Origin: Candidatus Brevefilum sp.
GTDB lineage: Bacteria; Chloroflexota; Anaerolineae; Anaerolineales; Anaerolineaceae
Direction: 5' to 3'
DNA length: 64,000 nucleotides
Assembly: GCA_029210815.1 (NCBI GenBank)
Contig: JARGGB010000002.1
Span: 8,450-72,449, forward strand
This document shows positions 1 to 8,262 of this stretch, piece by piece; the first letter of the stretch is position 1; each line of letters opens with the position of its first letter. A program made the translations under genes and the position numbers. The notes beneath the pieces are model-generated. The model ran no database searches. It had not been told where the DNA came from and saw only the letters and a list, made by a program, of their open reading frames with translations.

Positions 1-1078
1 CAATGCACAATTGATCCAATTGCAGGACGATTTTCCCAGATTGCGGCGTGTCTGAAAAATCCATTCGCATATCCCAGGCGTGGCTGGGTTTATCGAGGGC
101 TCCTTCACCTTCTAAAAATGCCACTCGCTTTTCAAGCTGCTTGGCACGCCGTGTCGTTTCAAGAGAACGATCAGCAAAAAAGCCTGCAGAAAATCCGTCG
201 GTGTTTTTTATATCTGCCTTGCCGCCTTTATGCGGTTTGGCCAAATCTCTTACGCTTCGAGCAGCTTTCTTCAAGCGCCTGATCTCATCCTGCTGGTCAT
301 TATAGGCTTGCAGGGCTTCCTCAAATTCCTTTTCACGGACTTCCAAATAATTGGAATAATTACCCGAGTATTCACGAATGCCCTCACCGGAAGGCGGAAA
401 GGCAATCACCTTGTGAATAACCTCATCCAGGAAGGCACGATCATGGGAGACCAGCAGAATCCCGCCCTGGTAGGATAAGACCCATTCCCTGAGCCAATCC
501 CGCATTTCGATATCAAGATGGTTGGTTGGCTCATCCAACAGCAGCACATGAGGTCCCTCCAAAAGGACGCCTGCCAATGCCAAACGAACTTTTTGTCCGC
601 CGCTCAGTGATTCAATTAATGTATCCTGCGGTATATCTTCCAGCTGAAAGCCAGAAAGAATATCCAGGCGAGCGCCCTCCATTTGTTGGGCACGATCTAA
701 ATTTCGCAATGCACGGTCGTACTCATTGACCAACAACCCGTCATCAGGTGAGTCTGCCAGAGCTTCACAAACGGTTTCCAAGCGCTCAAGGCATTCTTTG
801 AGGTTAAACACAAAGCGGTTAAGGTATGCACCGATGGTTTCACCCTGGTCAAAGGAAATCCCCTGACGCAGGTAACCTATTCTGAGATCTGATGGTGTAA
901 AAGCCACGTGCCCTGAATCAGCTTTTTGCACACCAGCAATAATATCCATCAATGTGGATTTTCCGCAGCCATTGGGACCAACCAGGGCAGCACGTTCACC
1001 CTGATTTAAACTGAATGTAATTTTTTTTAGAACGGGATTCAGACCGTATGATTTTGTAAGATTTTGTACTGTAAACAC
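1..1078 (-). CDS. ABC-F family ATP-binding protein, probably antibiotic-resistance (ARE) type; 3' end runs off the window
   Basis: Absent from the ORF track; translated by hand from GTG at 1078: MFTVQNLTKSYG...GPNGCGKST (Walker A), LSGGQ, LLLDEPTNHLD, LVSHDRAFLD, then a long interdomain linker. No TM segments seen. Confidence 0.93.
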   Translation of the reverse strand, partial: MFTVQNLTKSYGLNPVLKKITFSLNQGERAALVGPNGCGKSTLMDIIAGVQKADSGHVAFTPSDLRIGYLRQGISFDQGETIGAYLNRFVFNLKECLERLETVCEALADSPDDGLLVNEYDRALRNLDRAQQMEGARLDILSGFQLEDIPQDTLIESLSGGQKVRLALAGVLLEGPHVLLLDEPTNHLDIEMRDWLREWVLSYQGGILLVSHDRAFLDEVIHKVIAFPPSGEGIREYSGNYSNYLEVREKEFEEALQAYNDQQDEIRRLKKAARSVRDLAKPHKGGKADIKNTDGFSAGFFADRSLETTRRAKQLEKRVAFLEGEGALDKPSHAWDMRMDFSDTPQSGKIVLQLDQLCI

Positions 1079-1094
1079 ATCAACCTGCCTTCTT

Positions 1095-1125
1095 AAAAGA
1101 AAAAACCCAGGGAAAGCCCTCGGTT
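1095..1125 (-). terminator. Intrinsic terminator in the ABC-F 5' leader (attenuator)
   Basis: Minus strand AACCGAGGG-CTTT-CCCTGGGTT (one mismatch) followed by TTTTCTTTT, ending about 17 nt before the ABC-F GTG. Confidence 0.75.
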
Positions 1126-1172
1126 AAATAAAATCTACCAGGAAAATCAGCTTTCCTAAACACTTAAGATTT

Positions 1173-1193
1173 TTAGCAATTGATGCGAATCAC
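1173..1193 (-). CDS. Putative leader peptide MIRINC
   Basis: AAGGAG (1205-1200), 6-nt spacer, GTG ATT CGC ATC AAT TGC TAA; TATAAT at 1230-1225 upstream. Confidence 0.65.
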   Translation of the reverse strand: MIRINC

Positions 1194-1374
1194 GCACAGC
1201 TCCTTACTCGTTGATATGTTCTGAATTATATCCTAATTTAAAATTTTTTTCATTAATTTCCAAAAGAATCGCTGAATAAGTAATTCTTATAGCAAAAATC
1301 AAATTTTTGACCCGTGTTTAGTTTATCGTATATTTTTCAAACAAATTCATTGAGCATGATCTTCGAAAGATGCG

Positions 1375-2808
1375 CTAATTAACCGCTAATGCTTTCTCTT
1401 TAATCCCAAATAATGCCAGGGTTGAGATCAAAAATAGGAAACCAAAGATGCTGAGTAAAACAGTGAAGCCCACACCATCGCCAATCGGACCGCCGATGTA
1501 TGCACCGATCGCTCCTGCCCCAGCACCGGCAAGATTCTGGATGCCCAGGTAGCGTCCAGCTTCTTCCCTGGGTACAAGTGCCGTTCCCAATGCCCAGCTG
1601 GCTGAATAGAAAAAGCCAATCGCAATACCAACCAAAAGGCCGCCCACGTATAAAACCGTCATATTTGGAGAGGACACTACAATAATCGTACCGATCATCG
1701 CCAGAACACCGCTAAAAGCACAAACGGGTTTGCGTCCAAACTTGTCGGTCAGCCAGCCTGCCGGGATGCTGGAAATAAGGATTGCCACACCGACAAACAT
1801 CACCAGCATCGCCGTTGGTCCAGCTGCGGCAGCACCTTGCAGGTTGCTAAATCGTTCCTGGATGAAATACAGGGCAAAGCTGGCAAGGTTGGTAGACCCC
1901 ACCAAAAACGCCAGCCGGTTGACAACCCACCAGGTAAATGAGTTCCTGTCCACGTCGGCTTTTCCACCAAGGCTAATGCGAATACTGCCCCAGACCCCCA
2001 CAACGACGGCTAGTACCATCCCAAGCACCCCCACAGCAGCGGTCATGATCTTCGCAGGTAAGTCTGAAAGGTTCGCGGAAAGGGAATTGATGTAATTTAC
2101 CAATGCGCCAGACCCCAGAATAACCGCTGTAAACGCAATCGTCATACCAAGCAAACGTATGACAGGCTGCCAATCCCATTCATATGGGGGCTTTTTAATA
2201 GGTTTTTCAGGGGCAAACATTGCGATGGCAGTACAAATTAAAACAACAGAACTCAGCACCAGCAAAGCACCCCAAATGTTTTCGTTCTCAACAAATTTTG
2301 TAATGACAAAGGAAACAAAAATCAATGGTGCTGGTAATTCAAAGAAGGCTTTAAACCCGGAAAATATGCCGTGCTTGGACTCAGGGACGATATCCGGGAT
2401 AAGCCCCTGAACGGCTGCATGTCCCGTATTTGCAGAAAGCATAGAGAGAATTGTGGCGGCAAATAATGCCCAATAACCCGCTTCCCCTTCCAAAGTAGCA
2501 GCGATCACACCGATCCCAATGAAAACCAGAACTTCGGTTACAGCGCCAATCAGGATAAACGGACGTCGGCGCCCAAAACGTGAGGTGCTGTGATCGGAGA
2601 CCATCCCTATAAATCCCTGCATCAAAACGGCAATCATCAGCGACCACAAGCGGAGATTGCCGTAAGCAGCACCTTTACCTTCTTCTCCCATGAAAAATTG
2701 CACCAATAAGGGCAATATCAAAGGGGTTAAGGTTTGCGATCGCGCTGTCAGGGCAAAGTAGTAGATATTAATAGTGATATAGTCGTACCAGCGAAGTTGT
2801 CTATCCAC
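1375..2808 (-). CDS. MFS transporter
   Basis: About 12 hydrophobic segments; MFS motif A-like SDHSTSRFGRRRP and LTDKFGRKP. Confidence 0.9.
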   Translation of the reverse strand: MDRQLRWYDYITINIYYFALTARSQTLTPLILPLLVQFFMGEEGKGAAYGNLRLWSLMIAVLMQGFIGMVSDHSTSRFGRRRPFILIGAVTEVLVFIGIGVIAATLEGEAGYWALFAATILSMLSANTGHAAVQGLIPDIVPESKHGIFSGFKAFFELPAPLIFVSFVITKFVENENIWGALLVLSSVVLICTAIAMFAPEKPIKKPPYEWDWQPVIRLLGMTIAFTAVILGSGALVNYINSLSANLSDLPAKIMTAAVGVLGMVLAVVVGVWGSIRISLGGKADVDRNSFTWWVVNRLAFLVGSTNLASFALYFIQERFSNLQGAAAAGPTAMLVMFVGVAILISSIPAGWLTDKFGRKPVCAFSGVLAMIGTIIVVSSPNMTVLYVGGLLVGIAIGFFYSASWALGTALVPREEAGRYLGIQNLAGAGAGAIGAYIGGPIGDGVGFTVLLSIFGFLFLISTLALFGIKEKALAVN

Positions 2809-2823
2809 GTAGGAGGCCCTCCC

Positions 2824-3330
2824 TTAGAGATCCCGCAATAGTGTTCCTTTTATGTCTCGATCTATTTCCCAGGGATAAATAATAAATGCGTCGGTAATTG
2901 CTGCAAAATAATCCGGCCTGTTGGTCCCAAACAAATTTCGATAGGGGTTGAAATGCAAAACGCAGGTGTAAGGAAATCCGCCGGCAGCTGAAACCCGGTT
3001 TTTGACCGATGTGATCGTCCTGCCTGACCCCCAAACATCATCAATGATCAAAATCCTCTCGCCGCTCAGCAATTCATCCTCCGGAAACATTAAAAAGTTC
3101 GGCCAAGCTAACAAACGCGGCCGTTCCATTTCCGCCAGCTCAGAGGGAAAATCAACGGATGCAATCAATAATTTTTGAATATCCATGACTTCAGCCAGCA
3201 ATCCCCCCGGTACGATGCCGCCGCGTGATACCATGATCATACCGTCAAAGGTCAAATCAAATTGTGGGAGCAAATGATCAATCAACTTGTCTACATCATT
3301 CCATGTAAGAACTTCTTTTCTTTTCTGCAT
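2824..3330 (-). CDS. Type I phosphoribosyltransferase (purine PRT-like)
   Basis: VSRGG loop and PRPP-binding motif ILIIDDVWGSGRT. Confidence 0.88.
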   Translation of the reverse strand: MQKRKEVLTWNDVDKLIDHLLPQFDLTFDGMIMVSRGGIVPGGLLAEVMDIQKLLIASVDFPSELAEMERPRLLAWPNFLMFPEDELLSGERILIIDDVWGSGRTITSVKNRVSAAGGFPYTCVLHFNPYRNLFGTNRPDYFAAITDAFIIYPWEIDRDIKGTLLRDL

Positions 3331-3343
3331 ATTAACGTTCCTT

Positions 3344-4321
3344 CTATTTCTTTATGGTCGTTCCCATAGCCTTCCGTAAGATATCCGGGGGAACTGCCCT
3401 CTCAGGTTCGCCCGTTTTCCGAGCTTCTTCCACATTCCTGACCCATTTGTAAAGGGCGGTATGGTAGAAACTCCGGGAATAGGCACTGAAAAGATTGCCG
3501 GAAGTAATAAATAACCACACAATTAACATGCCTACGCCCAAGCCAAGGATCAGCAGCCAGGGATCAGGGGCAATGGGGTCGGTGATCAGAATTGCCACGG
3601 TAAGCCCAATCAAAATACCAATAAAACATAAAATCCACTGCACCAGGCTGCTAACCAGGTCAACTTTTACCAATCCTGGTTGGAATCGAAGCAGGTGATC
3701 ATCGATGATCTGATCAATACGCAGCACAGCGTCCTTTAAGTCACGGTTTTCAATGCTGATCACCGGTACCAACAATGTATACGAGGGTATCCAGGCAGGT
3801 TTCACCTCTATCTCAGGCTTCAATAATTTTTGAAAATGATAAATCAACCGCTTCCATGGCAGACCCAGCGTCAGAATTAGGATGTCTGCCCAGTGCTTAA
3901 ATAAGCTTTTCTCCTGGGGATCTTCCTCAACCTGAGCATTTTCTGCTAACACCGGTTTTTCATCCCCCTCATCTTCTTGCGCTGCTTGTAACGTTTCCTC
4001 ATTTTGAAAAGTGCCCCGAACAACCCGGCTTTTCCCCTCTTGAAATAATGCCGCGACCCTTCGGCTGGCAGGTTCCCTGGTAATCTCGCTCCAGGCATAA
4101 AAACTGAACAGCATAAAAACACCAATCAGACCAATCAGCAGCATGCCAACTGGCCTCAATCCAATTAAACCCAGCACCAAACCAAGGGGTATAAACCAGA
4201 AAAATAATAAAACAAGATTACCAACCGCAATATACACCCACTGTTCTTGAAGCTGGATCGTTTTGAAGGCGATTGAAAAACTTTCTCTAATAAATCGGAA
4301 TGCGTACCTGATGTTTTGCAC
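3344..4321 (-). CDS. Hypothetical membrane protein
   Basis: 325 aa with about 4 TM segments and an acidic insert; in line with neighbouring genes; no motif recognised. Confidence 0.7.
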   Translation of the reverse strand: MQNIRYAFRFIRESFSIAFKTIQLQEQWVYIAVGNLVLLFFWFIPLGLVLGLIGLRPVGMLLIGLIGVFMLFSFYAWSEITREPASRRVAALFQEGKSRVVRGTFQNEETLQAAQEDEGDEKPVLAENAQVEEDPQEKSLFKHWADILILTLGLPWKRLIYHFQKLLKPEIEVKPAWIPSYTLLVPVISIENRDLKDAVLRIDQIIDDHLLRFQPGLVKVDLVSSLVQWILCFIGILIGLTVAILITDPIAPDPWLLILGLGVGMLIVWLFITSGNLFSAYSRSFYHTALYKWVRNVEEARKTGEPERAVPPDILRKAMGTTIKK

Positions 4322-4412
4322 TAATTTAATCCTGAATTTGAAGATATTTCATTCCTATTATAACTTGAGCTGGCTGATAATATAAACCATTTATGAGTGA
4401 ATATTGAACAGC

Positions 4413-6932
4413 TTATAACAAACTGGAAGGATCAACCTCAACCATCCAATCTGGCAATTGCCGATCGCGCAAAAAGCTGGCGGGATCATCACCCCGCAGT
4501 ACAATTTGCCAGCGGTAGCGTCCGTACAAGCGCTGGAAGAAACAGGGGGCGGGGCCAATAATGTCAACCGGATGGTTCTCCTGTGTGTTCCAGGCTTTGA
4601 GATGCTCTGCTAATTCAAAGGCTGCCTTTTCGGCTTTTTGCGAGTCATAATGGCGGTATTCCAATCGCACAAGACGTTTAAACGGCGGGTATCCCAGATC
4701 TCTGCGGTAAGCCATCTCCTTTGCGTAAAAGCCTGTAAAGTCATGATTGGCTGCTGCTTGAATTGCATAATTATCCGGTTCGTAAGTTTGGAGGATCACC
4801 TTTCCGCCAAGGGGACTGCGCCCTGCACGACCGGCAACCTGGGTTAATACCTGGAAGGTGCGCTCCGTGGCAAGGTAATCTGGCAAGTTCAAGCCCACCT
4901 CAGCCAGGATCACCCCGACCAATGTGACCAAAGGCAGGTCGAGTCCCTTCGTCAGCATCTGGGTGCCAACCAGGATATCTGCCTTGTGGTCGGAAAAAGC
5001 CTTCAAAATACGTTCATGGGCACCTTTCGCCCGCGTGGTTTCTGTGTCCCAGCGAAGTGTTGTGACCCCCGGGAAATTTTGATTAACCAATTGCTCAACC
5101 TTTTCAGTGCCGGTTCCCAATTGCTTGATTTGGTTCCCGCCGCAAACCGGGCATGCCTTCGGCATATTGCGTTGATAACCGCATGTATGACACACCAATC
5201 CTCCCCGAGAGCGATGATAAGTAAGCGGTTTATCATCACGGGGGCACTTGATCACATAACCGCAATCACGGCAAAAAACATAAGTCGCCGTGCCAAGCCG
5301 GTTGAGGAAAAGTATTGCCTGCTGACCTGTGTCCAACACCTTCTTAATGCCTGATTGCAAATCCTTACTGAAGATGCTGCGGTTACCTTTGCGCAGTTCC
5401 TGGCGCATGTCCACTATGGAAACTTCGGGTAATCCCAGGTCCGCAGTTGAACCCTCTCCCGGATGAAGGGGGATCTCGATGCCCAATCGCCTGGCATGTT
5501 GAGCGATTGCCTCGCGATGGGCTAAAATGCGTTTGGGCAGCTCAAGATAGGTCCAACTGCCGTTGATCGCCCGATAATACTGTGTGACCTGTGGCGTGGC
5601 TGAACCAAGAAGAACCATAGCCCCTGAAAGACGTGCGTAAGCCCTTGCAGTTTTAACGCCTCGATAAAAAGGAGGTCGATCCGACTGGTCATAAGATTCG
5701 TGATGGCATTCATCGACCACAATTAATCCCAGGTCTTCCATGGGCATAAACAAGGCACTGCGGGGACCAACGATTACCGAAAGTTCACCATTCCTTGCCC
5801 TGCGCCAGGTGTCATAACGCTCACCTTCGGATAGTTGTGAATGCATGACGCCAACCTGATCAGGAAAACGTGATAAAAACCTGTTGACCGTTTGGGGGGT
5901 TAATGATATTTCAGGCACCAGGACAATGGCTCTCTTGCCCATTGCCAGTGTTTCCTTAACAGCACGAAGGTATATTTCTGTTTTTCCAGAACCTGTCACA
6001 CCGTGCAGCAAATAGGGCTTGCCTGGGGGCTCATCATGCCTGACACTTTCTAAACCCTCTTGAATCGTCTCCCAGACCCTTTGTTGATCCCCCGTCAGGT
6101 CAGGCGGCGCTGCCAGGATGTAACTGGCATCCTCAAGGGGATCGCGCCAAACCTGAACTTCAACAAACCTTAACAAATCCAATTCTTCTAAGGCTGTTAG
6201 ATCGTAATTCTTTGCCCCAATCCGATCGTAAATTTGACGTGGCTCAACCAGGCCAGGTTCTTGCGCCAGCATCTTCAAAATGTTCGTGCGCCGTTCGTGG
6301 ACATCATGTACCCTGCTCAATGAGATATCCAGGTCTTCCAATTTTGAAGGCTCGATTGCAAGACAAACCTTACGCACATGTTTTGCCCTAACACGCGGTT
6401 CTGGCAAAATTGAATGGGTATCCACAATACCCTGACGTGCCAGTTTGCGCAGTATACCGCGCCATTCGACATGCCGCAGTGATGCCTCCATCTGGCGCCC
6501 GCGCAGATCACCGCGTTTTTTCAATAAGTTAATGATCCGTTTTTCAAGGGGTGAAAAGTCAACAGCGGTGGTATCAATTTCATCATTAAGATGAACCAGG
6601 GTGTCTGTATACTGGCTTAACCCTGACGGGAGCATCAGGTTGATCATTTCTCCCAAAGAAGACAGGGTTTCGTGTGCCATCCACTCTGCCAGGGACATCA
6701 AGCTGGGTGTCAGCGCCGGTTTCTCGTCCACGACCTCTTCCACAGGACGGGTCTCAGCGACATCCGGCGTCTCAATAAAACTTAAAACCAAGCCCTGCAC
6801 ACGTTGTTTGCCGAAGGGTACGATCACCAGGGATCCAGGCTGGACTGCTCCCACCAATTCTGGCGGCAAGTGATAATGAAAACTATCAGAAATCTGAGGG
6901 AGATTGATCGCAACTTCTACATAAACATGCAT
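4413..6932 (-). CDS. priA: Primosomal protein N' (replication restart helicase)
   Basis: GVTGSGKTEIY, IVVDECH, Cys-rich region CRDC..CPRD..CHTC..CPVC, LVGTQMLTKGLD, QVAGRAGR. Confidence 0.97.
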   Translation of the reverse strand: MHVYVEVAINLPQISDSFHYHLPPELVGAVQPGSLVIVPFGKQRVQGLVLSFIETPDVAETRPVEEVVDEKPALTPSLMSLAEWMAHETLSSLGEMINLMLPSGLSQYTDTLVHLNDEIDTTAVDFSPLEKRIINLLKKRGDLRGRQMEASLRHVEWRGILRKLARQGIVDTHSILPEPRVRAKHVRKVCLAIEPSKLEDLDISLSRVHDVHERRTNILKMLAQEPGLVEPRQIYDRIGAKNYDLTALEELDLLRFVEVQVWRDPLEDASYILAAPPDLTGDQQRVWETIQEGLESVRHDEPPGKPYLLHGVTGSGKTEIYLRAVKETLAMGKRAIVLVPEISLTPQTVNRFLSRFPDQVGVMHSQLSEGERYDTWRRARNGELSVIVGPRSALFMPMEDLGLIVVDECHHESYDQSDRPPFYRGVKTARAYARLSGAMVLLGSATPQVTQYYRAINGSWTYLELPKRILAHREAIAQHARRLGIEIPLHPGEGSTADLGLPEVSIVDMRQELRKGNRSIFSKDLQSGIKKVLDTGQQAILFLNRLGTATYVFCRDCGYVIKCPRDDKPLTYHRSRGGLVCHTCGYQRNMPKACPVCGGNQIKQLGTGTEKVEQLVNQNFPGVTTLRWDTETTRAKGAHERILKAFSDHKADILVGTQMLTKGLDLPLVTLVGVILAEVGLNLPDYLATERTFQVLTQVAGRAGRSPLGGKVILQTYEPDNYAIQAAANHDFTGFYAKEMAYRRDLGYPPFKRLVRLEYRHYDSQKAEKAAFELAEHLKAWNTQENHPVDIIGPAPCFFQRLYGRYRWQIVLRGDDPASFLRDRQLPDWMVEVDPSSLL

Positions 6933-7215
6933 AAGATGATTTTACCTTGATTAGAACAATCGGTTATGTCGAAGGGTGTGAAAAGTGAGGGCTATCCTCA
7001 TATGCTTAATACGTTAAAGACAATGTTTATTAAAGGATCAATTCTGGTAAAATACTCTTGCATAGAAAATGTCGGCGGAAATTCTGCACAAAGAACAATT
7101 TGGCAAGAATATCCGTGCACATTGAAACCGGTCACACGCCGAAATTGAGGCCGTAAAGAAATCTTTCACGAAGACCCTGCATGGGTCAGAAAGTTGTCAT
7201 TTGAGGTTTGATACA

Positions 7216-8202
7216 ATGCCAGTCCCAATTAAGACTGGTACGGTTCTTCGCAGTCGGTATCAGGTCAGTAAGATCATCGGTCAGGGTGGTATGGGGTGCA
7301 TCTACCTGGCTGAAGACCTGCGCCTTGAAGGTCGCCTTTGCGCTGTTAAAGAGGTGGAATATGATCGTGCACTCCCAGAGGAAATGCTCCTTGAGGCACG
7401 CAACCAGTTCCAGCGAGAGGCGACAATATTAGCGCGGCTGGACCATCCGAACCTGCCAAAAGTTTCAGATTTCTTCTCCGTGCGTGACCGCGATTACCTG
7501 ATTATGGATTTTGTGCCTGGAAAAGATTTACGCCAGTTGATCATGGAAGCACGGCAGGAGAAAACCTTCATCCCTGAAGAAAAGGTGCTCGATTGGGCAA
7601 AACAAATTGCAAATGCCCTCAAATACCTCCATTCACAGGAAAATCCCATCCTCCATCGTGACATAAAACCTGGCAATCTCAAATTAACGCCCAACGGCCT
7701 GGTCAAACTGGTAGATTTTGGATTGGTAAAAATGCTGGCACCCGGCGAAGTGACCATCACCGTTTTGCAAGGCCAGGGGACAGCCTTATACACACCCCTG
7801 GAACAATACGGCGGTGACTCCGGTCACACTGACGCACGCAGTGACATCTATGCCTTTGGGGGGACGCTTTACCATTTACTGACGAACGATCCGCCTGTAA
7901 ATGTTCGCGATCGATTTTTGAACCCGGGTAGTTTGCCCCGCATTCGAGAGATCAATCCAGACGTCAGCGGGCGAACAGAACGTGCCGTTCAGTGGGCTTT
8001 ACAACTCCACCCCGAAGACCGCCCAAAGGATATTGACGCCTTGCTGAAAGCACTTTTTGTTGAAGATGCCCCCATCACCCAACCTTTTCGTTCAGACAGG
8101 CTTCAGCCAAAATTAATTCAAAAATCAGAGAAAATTCTGCTCTTCCTGGCAGGCGGGTTAATGGTGATCAGCTTCCTGTTCACGCTGCTCAGAAATTTTT
8201 AG
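7216..8202 (+). CDS. Hanks-type Ser/Thr protein kinase with C-terminal TM anchor
   Basis: IGQGGMG, CAVKE, HRDIKPGN, DFG; hydrophobic C-terminus. ATG 7216 preferred (GAGG upstream). Confidence 0.93.
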   Translation: MPVPIKTGTVLRSRYQVSKIIGQGGMGCIYLAEDLRLEGRLCAVKEVEYDRALPEEMLLEARNQFQREATILARLDHPNLPKVSDFFSVRDRDYLIMDFVPGKDLRQLIMEARQEKTFIPEEKVLDWAKQIANALKYLHSQENPILHRDIKPGNLKLTPNGLVKLVDFGLVKMLAPGEVTITVLQGQGTALYTPLEQYGGDSGHTDARSDIYAFGGTLYHLLTNDPPVNVRDRFLNPGSLPRIREINPDVSGRTERAVQWALQLHPEDRPKDIDALLKALFVEDAPITQPFRSDRLQPKLIQKSEKILLFLAGGLMVISFLFTLLRNF

Positions 8203-8262
8203 ATTCATAAGATTGCTTCCGACTTTTTCTTTCCCCCAGCAAATGGATTGGTCAGCATAAAT

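Noticed and set aside
48-729. Three + strand ORFs (48-305, 230-478, 526-729)
   Set aside because: Antisense shadows of the ABC-F gene, which the track missed because it has no stop codon in the window.
6952-6966. LexA-like half site AGAAC upstream of priA
   Set aside because: The right half (GGTTA) has 3 mismatches to GTTCT; too weak.
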